A DNA stretch of 64,000 nt from NCBI GenBank assembly GCA_035221665.1, contig CM069140.1, positions 40,796,001-40,860,000 of the forward strand, read 5' to 3'. Below, piece by piece: positions 24,826-39,510 of the stretch (the first letter of the stretch is position 1; each line of letters begins with the position of its first letter). The notes beneath the pieces were generated by a model, which saw nothing but the letters and a program-made list of their open reading frames with translations, was not told where the DNA came from and made no database searches. The stretch is from Okamejei kenojei. Taxonomy: Eukaryota. A program made the translations under genes and the position numbers.

Positions 24826-25256
24826 AGCGGTGCCAGTATATGCCTGCCATCCTTGTATTGTACCCCCAATTTCATTAATCTCCCTTGCATTCAGATTTTC
24901 ATGTAAAACCTAAATCATCAACTTTGCCTATTTAGTGTATCAATGATATATTGAAAGATTACACCAGTATAGGATACTGAGAAATGTCTCAAAGGATAAT
25001 TCTATAGAATGCATTGCATGTTACGTATCTGCAGTATATTATCTACAGGTTTAGGCTGAGCTAGTCCACTCCTTAAATGTAATAATTGGTCTCAACATTG
25101 AGTTTTTTCCAACAGCTATCAATTTTCTATTGTGAGTTAGCTGCAATCCTAGAGCACTCCATCATGCAAATAAAAGAAAATAATTTGATTATAATAATAT
25201 TTGATTTTATATTTTCTAGTCATTAACTGTGTAATAATATTAATGTTATTTTTAAA

Positions 25257-25355
25257 ACTAGACCAAGTGGGATCCTTTGGGTCCATCCCCTCAACGCACG
25301 GTTGCGGGGGGGGGGGGGGGGGGGGTTCAAGGGGGTTGGGGGCGGCCTGCGGCGA
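25257..25355 (-). mobile_element. Helitron-like 3' terminal fragment
   Basis: actagaccaagtgggatcctttgggtccc matches the CTAG plus hairpin end of the other two copies. Confidence 0.6.
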
Positions 25356-27349
25356 CACACTAATTCTTAGTACAGCAATTCCATTAGTCCCATTCCTTCA
25401 TTCTTTCCTCATACTCTGGCAAATTATTCTGTTATGTGTCTATCCATTTTCCATTGAATGCCATTTCCTTGAATTCTGTTTCCACCACTCCCACGGACAT
25501 TAAGTTTCAGATTATGACTTCACCCCGCATGTGAAGTATTTTGCAACATTCCCCTTGTGGATATTAGTCAAAAATTGAAACCTTTGTCTCCGATTCCTAA
25601 AATAACACCAAATGAAAATAAATCTAAACTAATCAGTCACTATCCTACGCACCTCGACAGCGGAAAAACAAAGAGGTTATGATGACCATTTCTAAGATAA
25701 TCTGGCAAGGGGTGGAGTAGTCAGGGCACCACACTTTAGAAAAGCATTGAAGAGGAATTAGGGTTCCAGGAATGAGAGATTGAATATAACCTGAAGAAGC
25801 TATCTACACCACAGAGGTTATTGAGAGGGTATCTGTAGGAGATACTTAAAATTATGAAGTATATAAATAGAGGGTATAGAAACTCATTCCCAATTGGTGG
25901 AATGGTTAAGAGGAAGAAATCACAGAACAAAAACTACTGGCAAAAAAAGAAGTGAGATGCAAAAAAAATATTTTTGCAGCAAATGTTTCGGATTTGGAGT
26001 GCACTGCCGGGGAAGCAGTGATATCAAACAACAGATATTGGGGAAGCATTAAAAAAATACTGGGGCAAGGGGAGGGAATGGGTAAGTGGGGCTAAAATGG
26101 CTTATTATCGTACAGAATCAGCATGGACGCAATGGGCCAAATGGCCTCTTTCTTTGCTATAAACTTTCTGTGTTCAATTTTTATGAACCTTCTTTGCTCA
26201 GTTTTGAGAATGGTCAGGATTCATGTTGTGTCTCCTTAAAGATCTATGATATAAATTATGATAAAGGCAAAGCAGATTGTTGATTATTTACTCAGATTAC
26301 CATCAGAGTAAGATGATTTCCATGTTCACATCCCAAGAGAGAATATTATGAATCAGGGAGGAGAACTCATAAAATTAACACAACGTAGCAATCATGAAGG
26401 CATGTTTTCATTCCAGGATTTAAAGAAGTCGGTTGGAAACATTGCAAGTTCCCTAATCTGAATCGTCCAACAAACTTCATGATTTACACCTATAAATTGG
26501 AAAAACTGAACAAGCTATTTTACTATGTAATTGAGGTAGGAAAGGGAAATAGAATTACAGAGAAGTTTGTTTAACAATGGTTGTGGGGAATGTACTAGAA
26601 TCTGGTCAATGTTGGAGAAACTCACTGCCTCACAAATTTTCAGTTGATGATTGGATGCCAGGCATGGATTCATTAATGGACAATGGAATTGATTTACGTT
26701 TTTGAAACAGTGAGGAAAATAATGGATGTTTCTGGATAGTTTTGATATGAACTTCATGAAATTCAATAATGGATGGGGCAGGTTTGGAGGGATATGGACC
26801 AATTGCTGGCAGGTGGGACTAGTGTAGCTGGGACATGTTGGCAAGTTGGGCCAAAGGGCCTGTTTCTACACTGTATGACTAAGCTTTCACAGAAGATACT
26901 GTTAATAATCTTGAAGCTCATATAATGAAGATAAATTATTGACCTTACCCTGGAATTGGTTGAATGACAAGAGAAGAGAACATGGACCATATAATATATA
27001 TGAATAGTGTTCTGTAAGACTTGTTTTATAACTTCAGCTATTTGTCATATCTATTAACAATTTATATGATGGAATAGAACACCTCCTATCCTAATTTGCC
27101 AATTACAACAATATCATGAAGTGAAGTGAGAAGACTTGCTAACAAACAAAGTGTAGTGTATGTTTGGGACCCCATCCACAAATAGCAATTGCTGCTAGCT
27201 AAAATATTAATATTAATCATAAATCCAAGTTTGATAGTTTTTGTTAATCAAAGTTATGAGTGGAAATGGGACAAAGGCAAGTATTTACAGTTAGCTCTTT
27301 GGTCATCCATAATTTCAGAGAATGGTGGAACAGACTCAAGGAACTTTGT

Positions 27350-27535
27350 TTCTATCTTCCATGCTCTCATTTCCCTGCTACCATCAACAGGTACCTGAAA
27401 ACCATAACCACCAGGTTCAAGAACAGCTTCTTACACAACCATCAGCTTCTTGTACATTTTACAACACTAACCTCTGCATAGATATTCTATGGACTGTGTC
27501 TTCGGAAGAGTACAGACTGGAGTTTTTGTACTATT
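27350..27535 (+). mobile_element. Rex-Babar LINE 3' fragment
   Basis: HALISLLPS...RYLKTITTRFKNSF, the typical Rex1/Babar C-terminus. Confidence 0.65.
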
Positions 27536-27544
27536 ATGTAGAAA

Positions 27545-27745
27545 CTAAGAACTGCACATGCTGGTTTACACAAAAGGACATGACGTGCTGGAGTAACTCA
27601 GCAAGTCAGGCAGCATCTCTGGAGAGCATGGATAGGTAATGTTTCGGGTTGGGACCCTTCATCAGTCTGAGGTCACCTACCCATGTTCTTCCTACTGTAG
27701 ATGCTGCCTGGCCTGCTGAGCTAGTCCAGCACTTTGTGTCCCTTT
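27545..27745. repeat. Inverted pair of short Penelope pLTR-derived repeats
   Basis: Minus copy 27545-27668 (CTGATGA-AGGGTCCCAACCC-GAAA), then plus copy 27670-27745. Confidence 0.75.
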
Positions 27746-29304
27746 TTAGCACTATTATGGATACCAAGTATTACAATTACTAATTGGGTTGTAGAGGTTT
27801 CATAGTGAGATCGACCACGTCGCTATTTGTAAAGTTAAGAATTTATGGACAAAGTTTGCGTCAGGCAGATGTCAGAGGCAGTAGGTGGAGAAGAAATGGT
27901 GTCAGTTCGGTAAAGATAGAAAACGTATGACATGCAGTATGTATTACAAGTTTAATGATGGGCTAGGATTCGTGGAAGTTAGGAGGCAGGTGTTTAACAT
28001 TTGTTAGAGTAAGCCAATTGGCTGCAGCTTCCTTTATTTAGTAGTTACTGGTAGCAAAAGTGGGGAGTTCTGGGATGTCAGAACCAGCTGTTGAGCCTTC
28101 CCGAGGTGTTGTGGGCCCAACTCAATGAAACACCAGTGAAGGGAGGTGCCCACTTGATAACCCCAATGTCACACTTGCATCTACAGGATTAGGTTTTTTT
28201 AAGAGCTAGTTAATATGTAGGTAGCTGCTTTTTCCATACGGAATTATTTATTGTAAGTTGGTATGTTTAGTTAGATAGTTAAGTTGCCTTTGGGCTTGTT
28301 TTTTTTTCAGTTGAGCACTTATCCCAGAGTTATAGTGCAAGTACTTCATTTTAATTGTTTTTTATTGCATTATTGACTATTATATATTTATCACTGTTGT
28401 TGCACCTACAGGCAGCAGGTAAGAGTTTCAATGTTCTATTACCATACATATGACAAATAGATCCTCTTGAATCTTGCCACTGCCTCTATGAGGAGGTACC
28501 CACTAAAACCATTCCTGTGTTGAGTAAATATTTATTTGCAAGTAAAATTGAAGGGTATTGGAATGCTGCAAATATAGACAGAGATGATTTAACATGCCAC
28601 AAGAGACAATTTTTCTCCATGTCACATTGCCTGCTGACCACTGAGTGTGGCATAGACTGTGTTGTCTTTTGTTTAATTATGTTTAAGTATTTTCACATGT
28701 GGATTATTATCATTTGTGTTATCTATTGAATTCCCTATTTAAGTGTTGACGTTTGACTCCGTCTTTGTTCAGTCTTAGATTTTTTTTAATATATAATGCT
28801 GAGCTGCGTACACTTGTTTTTCAGGATTTTAGTGAAAGCCTTTTATTGTATTTAACCTACTCTGTGTTTGAATCTTCTCATCTCTTGATATTGTTGCACT
28901 CCACGTTTGTATCTGTAGATCAGTAGTCTTTGTTAACAAAAATACAGTGAAATATAGGATGTATATGTATGTTTTGTAAAAATTAGAGATATTTATGCTG
29001 AAATTGAATCTAATGAATGGGGAAGACTTCAAGATAAAGTTATTTATTTCAGTGCATTTGGAAAAGTCTGTAAATTAAGTTCTTCTGCACATGCTCGCCT
29101 ATATTCTTAAGCCTAGTCATTTCAGGTAACAATGGAGATAATAAAAAGTATAGAGACTGGAATTTTCAGATTGCCAACTGGGAACACTCAGCAGATCAAG
29201 CAGCATCTGTTGAGAACACGTTAACATATTGGTGGTGGGAAGACAAAAGAGATTGAAGATGCTGGATCTGAAATGAAAACAAATGGTGGAATATGATCAG
29301 TAGT

Positions 29305-29672
29305 AGGGTCATAAGGAATAGGAGTAGAATTAGGCGGTTCAGCCTTTCAAGTCTATTCTGCCATTTAATCATGGCTAATCTATCTCTCCCTCCTAACCCT
29401 ACTTTCCTGCCTTCTCCCCATAACCTCTGACACATGTACTGGAGAGTTGTGAATCTTTGGAATTCTCTGCCACAGAAGGCAGTGGAGGCCAATTCACTGG
29501 ATGTTTTCAAGAGGGTTAGATTTAGCTGTTGGGGCTAAAGGAATCGAAGGATATGGGGCAAAAGCAGGAACGGGGTACTGATTTTAGATGATCAGGCATT
29601 ATCATATTGACTGGAGGTGCTGGCTCGAAGAGCCCAATGGCCTACTCCTGCACCTATTTTTCTCTGTTTCTA
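29305..29672. mobile_element. Two CR1 3' ends in inverted arrangement (minus ~29305-29432, plus ~29440-29672)
   Basis: Each carries the CR1 3' UTR (gcctactcctgcacctat or its complement). Confidence 0.75.
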
Positions 29673-32559
29673 TGTAATCATGCTATTAGCATTTATAAAG
29701 GCAAGTGGTGTAAGTTGATACTTCAATTCAAAACCCTGCATCAGGATTGAGGAAAGAGGAAAGATTGCCAGTATCATGCAATGCAAGTGGGAGAGGTGGT
29801 GATGGAGGGGAATCGATAAAGGTTGGGAGATGGAACCAGATGGCTTGGTGTGTCCTGTGAACATAATCAGAGAATATTAATCATGAATACCATTGGAAAA
29901 AATACACTGTTCAAATAAACAAGCACGCTGACCATACATTCAGGAAACCATAGAATAACCTCTAAAGGCTGTAGAAATGTTATTGTACATGGAAAATCTG
30001 CTGAAATGGCACTGGGGAGTGCACCAGTGCCAGTTTCATGTGGAACTGTGAATGAGGGATTGTTTTACATTCACAATCTACAAACACTTCATTGGTCTTA
30101 GATGCTTAACCTATTTATACATGATGATTACAAATATGGTAGTCTGAGGGAATTAGATGCAAATTGCTTTCTGCCCAGTTTGTGATCATAGACGGTGTGG
30201 GAAAAGATGAATGAGCAGGTATTGCATACTCTTGAATAAAAATGAGCTATAATGTGAAATACAAGTTGCAGCACATTTGAACCATCCCTGAACAGCTTGG
30301 TATCACTTTCTGAGCCCAGTTAATATTGGAAGAATCCAAATTTCAAACTCATGATTGTTAACTCTCCAGTATCCTGGTAAGGTTACAAAAATCAGCCCTT
30401 TATCCAAATGTATACTGTAACCCATGTGCCTAGGAAAAATACTGATCTCTGTACCTTGGATTTAATTATTCCCATGGAAATGTAACATAAATCAGTGCAC
30501 CCTCCACTTTGCAATTTAATATTGTAATTAATTGTGCAATTGCAGTGCACAAAATAAATTAGATCCTCATTCTAATTGCAATGTCATTGCCTAAGTTTAC
30601 TTTCACTGTTTAGCTGAGCTGTAAAATATTATCAACAAAGCTAGCAGGACATTCTGTACCAGGAAACGTTTGGGAGTGTCTGAAGTATACATGTCTGGAA
30701 CCGTAATACAGCAAGGCAAAGTTGTATTTTCTTTCTGTCTTCCAAAACACACTGTGAGTGTCCTATGGATACAAACCTAGCTGCTGGTAAACAGACATTA
30801 AAGTAATGCCAGTGGAATACTTGAAAAGCAGAAGACAAAATTTAACACAGTAAGAGACTTAGTGTGCTAGTGCTTGAAGAGTGATAGATTTAACTCATTC
30901 TGTGCTTAACTACTGAATATAAAGATCTGAAACCTCGATGTTTGTTTGTGCTTTCATGGGTTGATAACTTTAGAAAATTACTGAACTGGATGTTAGAGTC
31001 AAACGTAGGATTGATACACCCTTGGTTGAATAGTCTCTTCACATTCACTGGGCAACCATGAAGAGAGGATATAGTGCATTGAAATAAGGAGAGGAGGAAT
31101 GGGGCTAATGGGATTGCTCCCCTGGGAACTAGAGTGGTACTGATGGGCTGAATGGTCATTCCCAATATTGTTATTAATTAGCCCCACCCACTAAAATTGT
31201 TTTGAATTGAATTTGAGGAGGGCAGGTGAGATCAGGATTAACCTTTACTGCCTTAACTCACATATGACAAGCGGCCATTTGGATGAGGCACCAATGGGCT
31301 GGAATATTGTCAGCAAATCTGTATTAACAGCTGAGTTAGTCAAGCACAAACTTATACAAGCATCTGCTAAATCATAACCCAGCAACAGTCAGATCAAGAG
31401 TGGAGTAAACTTATCAAAGAAATTGAAGTTTTTATAAAAATACTACATTTTAAGTACTGGGTGAATATTTCAAAAACAACTATTGAAGACTATGTATTAT
31501 GTACATTTTAAATGGACATTGATTTAAACTTCATTTTTGAGTGTGAATGGTTAAACATTAATTGGACTACCGAGTCAGCACACTGAATTTTAAGACAACC
31601 CTTCGTCAGATAATATTCACTACAGAGGAAACTGGCAATGGTACAATACCTACCCAGAGGAAGGAAAGGAAAGAACATGCGGTCAATCCTACTCAATTCT
31701 GCAGCCTTGCCTTTTCACAAAACAGTTCTTGGTTCAAAATGGTTGCATGTCCTATATGCCCCAACTGGAACTTTATTCCATTCTCTCAAAAGACTTGTAT
31801 TCAGGTTCCACACCAGAAGCCTGTGCACAAAATGTACCTTGATGTCCCAGTATCACAGAGACAGTGCTTTTTAGAGGTGATGATAAACTATGATCTGGGT
31901 AGGTGTAATTTATCTGTAACAGAGTTCTCCTGGTGTAGTAGTCAATATTTATTCCCCAATCCACATAATTAAAATAGAATATTCTATTGCATTTTGTAAG
32001 AGTTTGCTAATTGACTGCCATATATCTAGCATCATTGCAATTTACTTCTAAAATGTTAATTAGGATTTTAATCTATGATATGTATGTGTAAATAAAATGA
32101 CTTTTATAGGGTATCTTTATTGTAACAAGATCACCAAGGTACACAAAAATGTTATCAAACAGAATTTAACATCAAGCTACCAAAGAAGATATTGTTGTGT
32201 CTTAGAGGAAAGAGAAACAGAGAGGCAAATGGGTTTGGGACATAATTCCAGAAGTTTGAACTTTAGGAGCTGATGGGATGGCTGCCAATGTTGGAGCAAT
32301 TGAAGAATGATTTTGAGTGTAGAATTTGAGAAGATTGGAGGGTGGAGGAGAGTACAAAGATGAACAATGGGGTGAATCAATAAAGAGACATGAAAGCAGC
32401 CTTCAAAATGGTGCCATTACTTCATCAGGATGCAATTGAGTTTAACACGCACATGGGTGAAATGAAAACAGAAAGAGCTGGAAAAACTCAACAAGTCAGG
32501 CCGCATCCACAGAACGGGAAATAATAGAAAAGTACTACACTGGTAATTCTGAATTTAGT

Positions 32560-34425
32560 ATTGTGTGAAGAACCTGATTTGATAAGGGAACTTGAGGTAA
32601 AGGAGCCATTAGGAGATAGTGACCATAATATAATAAGTTTTAATCTACAATTTGAGAGGGAGATGGGAAAATCGGAAGTGTCAGTATTGCAATTAAATAA
32701 GGGAACTATGGCACCCTGAGGGAGGGGCTGGCCAAAGTTGACTGGAAAGATACCCTAGCAGGGATGACAGAGGGCAACAATGGCAGGTATTTCTGGGAAT
32801 AATTCAGAAGATGCAGGATCAGTTCATTCCAAAGAGGAGGAAGACTGCAAAGGGAGTAAGGCTGACAAAGGAAGTCAGGGACAGTATGAAAAAAATAAAT
32901 GAGAAGTATATCATAGCAAAGATGAGCGGGAAGCCAGAGGATTGGGAAACTATTGAAGAGCAACAGAAGATAACTAAAAATGCAATACGGGGAGAAAGGA
33001 TGAGGTATAAAGCTAGTCAAGAATATAAAGGGGGATAGTAAAAGCTTCTTTACGTATGTGAAGAGGAAAAAATTAGTTAAGACCAAAGCTGGACCCTTGA
33101 AGACTGAAATAGGTGAATTTATTATGGAGAACAAGGAAATGGCAGACAAGTTGAACAGGTACTTAGTTTGTGTCTTCCTTAGTGAAGATGGATCCAATCT
33201 CCCTAATGTACTAGTGGCCAGAGGATCTAGGGTGACGGAGGAACTGAAGGAAATTCACATTAGTCAGGAAATGGTATTGGGTAGACTGATGGGACTGAAG
33301 GCTGATGAATCCCCAGGATCTGATCGTCTGCATGCCAGGGTACTTAAGGAAGTGACTCTAGAAATTGTGGATGCATTGGTGATCATTTTCCAATGTTCTA
33401 TAGATTCAGGATCAGTTGTGGATTGGAGGGTAGTGGGATACCACAACGCTCGGTGCTGGGACTGCAGCTATTTACAATATACATTAATGATTTCGATGAA
33501 GGGATTAAACGTAACATCAGCAAATTTGCAGATGACACAAAGCTGGGTGGCAGTGTGAATGGATGCTATGAGGATGCAGGGTGACTTGGACACGTTGGGT
33601 GAGTGGGCAGATGCATGGCAGAAGCAGTTTAATGTGAGTAAATGTGATGCTATCCACTTTGGTGGCAAAAACAGGAGGGCAGATTATTATCTGAATGGTG
33701 TCATGTTGGGAGAAGGGGAAGTACAACGAGATCTGGGGGTGTCTGTATTCATCATTCACTGAAGGTAAGCATGCAGGTTCAACAGACAGTGAATAAAGCA
33801 AATGGCATGTTGGCCTTCATAACAAGAGGAGTTGAGTATAGGAGCAAAGAGGTCCTTCTGCAGTTGTCCAGGGCCCTAGTGAGACCACACCTGGAGTATT
33901 GTGTGCAGTTTTGGTCTGCAAATTGAGGAAGGACATTCTTGCTATTGATGGGGTGCAGCGTAGGTTCACGAGGTTAATTCCCAGATGGCGGGACTGTCGT
34001 ATGTTGATAGAATGGAATGGCTGGGCTTGTACACTCTGGAATTTAGAAGGGTGAGAGGGGATCTTATTGAAACATTTTGTTATGTTTCCAGGCAGGAAAC
34101 ATGTTCCCGACATTGGGGGAGTCCAGAACCAGGGGCCACAGTTTAAGAATAAGGGGTAAGCCATTTAGAACAGAGATGAGGAAAAACTTTTTCACACAGA
34201 GGGTTGTGAATCTGTGGAATTCCTTGCCTCAAACGGCAGTGGAGGCCAATTCTCTGGATGCTTTCAAGAGCGAGTTAGATAGAGCTCTTAAAGATAGCGG
34301 TCAGTGGATATGGGGAGAAGACAGGAACGCAGTACTGATTGTGGATGATCAGCCATGATCACTGTGAATGGCAGTGCTGACTCGAAGGGCCGAATTGGCC
34401 TACTCCTGCACCTATTGTCTTATGT
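32560..34425 (+). mobile_element. CR1 LINE ORF2, 5'-truncated and internally deleted
   Basis: LGDSDHNI endonuclease end; [14 protein letters not shown]; [11 protein letters not shown]; RTRGHSLRIRG; 3' UTR to ~34425. Confidence 0.92.
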
Positions 34426-34725
34426 TACTGTTGTAAAAGATGTTGTTGCGGCTGCATTTTGAGTATCGTGTTCATTTGCAGTCACCCTGCTATAGGATAA
34501 AGCTGGAAAGAGTACAGAGAAGATTTTTGTGTATGTTGCCAGGACTTGGGCCTGAGCTATAAGGGAAAGTTTGGGCAGGCTAGGGCTTTATTCCTTGGAG
34601 TGCAGGAGGCTGAGGGTGTGATCTTATAGAGGTTACGAAATCATGCGTGGAATCTATAGGTTGAATGCACAGAGTATTTTACCCAGAGAAGTGGAATCAA
34701 GAACCAGTGACATGGGTTTAAGGGC
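34426..34725 (+). mobile_element. Older CR1 ORF2 C-terminal fragment
   Basis: ctggaaagagtacagagaagattt and ctttattccttggagtgcaggaggctgaggg (LERVQRRF, LYSLECRRLR). Confidence 0.7.
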
Positions 34726-36381
34726 GTGAAGGTTTTCATGATGCGTGACAGCAAGTTATCTGCTTACTGCCTTGATTTCAACTATTGACAAAATTAAATT
34801 ATGAGCTGTTCCATAAAATAGATGAACTATTCAATGACTAAATCTCAAGCCCCAAGGTTTAGTGATGAGGAGTTAGCTCAACAAGAAACAAGCTTTCCTT
34901 GTTTTGAGATGGCACGGGCAGAGCCATATGGATCCAAGTTTTCACATTGACATTCAGCTGAAGAAGGAAACAGCAATTTTATTAGATCTAATCAAGGTTT
35001 GGTTTTGCTGCTCTTGGCCGGGCTTAGATCAAACAGTACAGAGAATGCTACTCATTATTTAAGACATTTTAAATCCCTATTTATTCCTTTTTTTTCCTTC
35101 AGACTTCACTGAGTCATGCTGGAAAATGGTTCCAGGGCGGTAAACAGCTGTTTGGTGCCTCATCTAACTGCCCATCCTTCATGTGTGAAGCCAGACAGTC
35201 AGTGGCAGCTGGTAATTTGACATTGGTGGCTGGAGGAAGGCAGGAAGGGAGGTGGAAATATGACAGCTAAGCCTGATGAACATCCAAAAGCTACATTTTT
35301 ACATTTTGTAGCAGTGGTGACTGGGTGTGAGGAAGGATTCAAAACCCCCGCAATCTTAATTTTCCATATGTGGCATTGTCGAACGTTGACTGGCAATGCG
35401 TATTAGACCAGTTATCACTCTGAGTCTCAGACTTTTATGGACTGTGTGATTCACCATTATGCTGAAGAATTACATTCACTGACTGAGCCGCCATGAAATT
35501 TCTTGTTCAAATTTTCCATTTGTCGTTGCCTGTGACACATTCAATTGATTCTCAGAAACCTGCAGCAACTCATGTCTGACCATTGGTAACAATGAGCTGC
35601 CAACTAGAACTTACAGTTCAAGACTACCTATTAGTTCCGGATGCTGATCATATTTGCCAGTTGGAGAGATATTAGACCGATTAATTTCTGTCTCACAAGC
35701 AGATATGTCAACTTTAATTCTCCATATTCATCAGGAAAGGAATGATGGAACAGTTAAAATGGAGCACTTCCATGTTATGAGCTGTTGCTAGAATCATTAC
35801 CATTTTGTGGTGAATAAAAATGTGTTTCTATGACATATTTGAAACACTGATGCAATTTCAATACAGCCCCAAGCAGGTTTCATGTTATATGGAAGTTGAA
35901 AAATGATACTGATGGCATGTTGTTTAAAAAATCTTTATTGAACATCTTCTCCTGGTGCTTCTCCTGGCTCCAGTATAAAACTCGATCTCCTCTATCCATC
36001 ATGCATTGCCCATCCCCACCAACAATATGTACCTATTTGGCACTTTTAATGTGGCAAAATATAACAAAACACCACAATCTGACAAGGGGAGCCATTAGGA
36101 CAGATGAGGTGAGGACCATCTTAAGGGTGGAAACTTTGTGGATACAAGGAACTGCAGTTGCTGGTTTACAAAATAACTGAGTTGTAGTACTTGATAACAG
36201 ATGAGGGACAGTACCCGTCAGTCTGATTCAAATCAGTGGCTTAAAGAGCCAGAATTGGAGGAGCCGAGATTATCTAAGACCTTTGTGGCTCAAGAATGAA
36301 GGTAACACTTTTTAACTATTATTTTATCTTAACTTAGTTTATTTTAGAGAGAGAGTAAGTGAAAGAGAGAAAGGGAGAGAG

Positions 36382-36755
36382 TTTTATTGTCATACAAGTA
36401 CCAAAATAGAACAATTACATTCTTGTGTGTAGCAGCATAACAGATTTGTAAACATAATACTCAATACATAATATATAATAAATAAACCAAAAAAAAGTTA
36501 GATAAATAATAAACCCAATAAGGTGTAAAATAAAACCAAGCCTGATGTGCCTAGTGCGAACAAGGAGTTTGGTTGGAGTTCGTAGAGTTCGACCTCCTGA
36601 TGGTTTTGGGAAGAAGCTGTTCCTGAACCTGGATGTTACAGTTTTACGACTCCTGTGCCTTCTGCCTGATGACGGGACTGAAATGAGAGCCTGGCCAATG
36701 TGATGTGTCCTTGACGATGCTGGCTGCCTTTTTGAGACAATGACTCCTATAGATG
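36382..36755 (-). mobile_element. Rex-Babar LINE 3' end
   Basis: Minus strand PSSGRRHRSRKTVTSRFRNSFFP-like terminus and tail tatgacaataaaa. Confidence 0.7.
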
Positions 36756-36907
36756 GTCAGAGAATTTAAAGATAGAGTTGAAAATGCTACACAGTCATGG
36801 ATATAGGGTGACCTGAAAAGGGAACTGGTCTAACAAAAAAGTGAACTAACTTGCAACAAATTTCGATTGGCTCATTCAACACACTTATCAGAAGAATGTA
36901 GACACCC

Positions 36908-37125
36908 GGAACTCTAGATGTTGGTTTGCAAAAAAAAGACACGGTGCTGGAGTAACTCAGTGGGACAGACATCATCTCTGGATGACATGGATAGATAACG
37001 TTTTGGGTTGGGGCCCCTCTTCAGACTCAAAAGATGCACCTGAAGAAAGGCCCCAGCCCAAAACATCGCCTATCCATGTCCTCCAGAGATGCTGCCTGAC
37101 CCACTGAGTTACTCCAGTACTTTGC
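36908..37125. repeat. Inverted pair of short Penelope pLTR-derived repeats
   Basis: 36940-37026 is an approximate reverse complement of 37039-37124. Confidence 0.8.
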
Positions 37126-38879
37126 GAACTATGTGAATAAACTAAAACAGCACAGAATTTTTTTTTTTCCCCGTATCATATCGGGACTGATATTGTCTAC
37201 TGTGTGTAATGGAATCTCCATTGGCAACAAGTTATGTATTCACAATAGCAGTATTTTAATATTTCAGACATAACCCTTTGCAAATGCAAACCTCAGCCAC
37301 CCTAATGTGTTGAATGATGAAATATAAAGTTGGCAATATTGAAGCCAAAAATAATGCCGCTTTGTTTTTTTAAATCTGTCAACGCATTGTCAGGTTAGTA
37401 GGTTGGAGGTTGGATATGCTCTGGAGGAGTGGACGGCAATGAAGACCTAGTACACTATAGAATTTTTAAAAATTACTGAGGCTATCACTTTATTACTGTA
37501 CCTTATATCAGATCATTCATCTAAAACAACACTAGGAGAATGTGTAGAAGAGCCAACATTTGAAAATTCTAGCAATAAGCTCCAATTTAGTGATAGGTAG
37601 CATAACTGTAATGATGATGAAATGGTGTCTAGATGCTCCTTTTACTAAAGGTCTTGGCCCAATGAAGTCATCAGCATTGCCACAAAATATTAAGTAGTCG
37701 AGCCAGGATCCGCACAGTCTGCTTTCAGACAGTAGGCCAGATAGACCCAAGATAATCGATAAAAAATACTTTTCTTGGAATAATAAGAGAAGAGCTATCC
37801 CCACAGACATTGCAGGAGGTGCTGGATCAAACCAGCTCCTGTCTCTCTCTTAAATGAACAAACCCTCTACCTTTCATTCACCTCAATAATCATCAGGGAG
37901 TCTTCCTATGGATTGTGGTTCTTACCTCAGAAATACAACTCGTGCCCTACAAATGGGTTATTAATTGACTGGCTGTTCCGGAGATTCAGAAATCTTTAGT
38001 TAACAGAGGTCCTGTGCCATTTAGTGACACACATTTAAGAAAATCCCACATCTTGTGTTCCAACCTTAAAACTGGGTGGAACTGAATAGAACCGAAACAA
38101 TGCCTCACTTTAATCACAGGATCACTGAAACAGACAGCAATATGCTCACTGTTTTGAAGAGTCACACATAGTTCCAAATCCTTACTTTTTATCCATAATC
38201 CAGTAAATTCCTCACACCAGTATTTGGTTAACTCTCGTCTAAATTACTTGTGAAATCAGGTTCTTGCATCCTTTCAAATAGAGTACTACAGATTCTTACT
38301 ACTCTAAGTGAAAATATTTCTGCCTTTCACCTTCCCATATCGTTCCACAAAGATTTAAAGTCTGTGCTGCCTTGCCAGAAAGAACAGCCAACTTCTAACT
38401 CCCATAAACACACATCATCCTTTATTTCTTTGTTAGCAACCAACTCTTTTTCTTCCAAGGAGAAGAGTCAGTACTTTACAACTGATATCCCCCAGTTTTG
38501 GCAATTCTCAAGTAATCCAATTCTATTGCTTTTCCAAGGAATGGTGCCCAGAATTGTTCATAGTACAACAGCTGAAACCTAACTGTCAAATTTAACATGA
38601 TTTAATTCCTTTTTTATTTCATTCTCCTATTTAAAAATGCAAGACCCACTTATGCTTAATTACCAATATCCAAAACGGTTCCACAGGCATGTAAACAGAA
38701 AAGTGTTTGTTAGAGAACAGAATTATGTATAAAAAGCAGGGATTTGAAACTAAGATGATCAGAGACGAAAGAAGAAATTTGCTCATTGCAGCAGAGGTCA
38801 TGGATGAAATATTTACATTAGTCTTTACCAAGGAAGAAAATGCACCTGGAGATTTAAAAGTTTAGTTTAATTTAGAAGC

Positions 38880-39510
38880 TTGATAACAGAGGGAAAGAAG
38901 TTCTTGAGTCTGGTGGTACGTGCTTTCAATCATCTGTATTTTCTGACCTTCAGGACTAGGGAGAAGAATGAATGATCATGATATGATGTCAGTTACAATG
39001 GCTCCTTTTCCAAGGCAGTGTGAAGTGTAGATGGAGTCAACGGTGGGGAGTCTGGTATGTGATGGACTGGGCTACATCCTCAACTCTGCAATTTCTTGCT
39101 GCTGTATGCAGAGCTGTTCCCAAACCAAACTGTTGCAACCTGACAGTATGCTTTCTATGGTGCATCTGTAGAGATTTGTAAGTCATTGGTGAAATGCTAA
39201 ATTTCCTCAGGAAGTAGTGATGTCCGTGTGCCTTCTCGGCTGTCGCTTCAATGTCGTTGTCCCATGACAGTTTGCAGGTGATATTTATGCCAAGGAATTG
39301 GAAGCTCCCACCCATTTCCACTTTAACACCATTAATGATGACTGGGGCATGTAACAAACCAAGATTCCTAAAGTTGATAACTAGCTCCTTTGTCTGAGTT
39401 GTTGTTGCTGCTCTGACACCAATTTACTAAATTATCTGTCTCCTTCCTGTACTCTCTCTCACCGTAGTTCATGATCCAGCCCACCACATTGGTGTCATCT
39501 GCAAACTTGT
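38880..39510 (-). mobile_element. Rex-Babar LINE RT C-terminal fragment
   Basis: KFADDTNVVG near 39490-39510; PVIINGVKVEMGGSFQFLGINITCKLSW (ORF 39037-39357). Confidence 0.8.

Noticed and set aside
37532-37810. 92-aa hydrophobic ORF as a membrane-protein exon
   Set aside because: No recognisable domain and no convincing splice-site pair.
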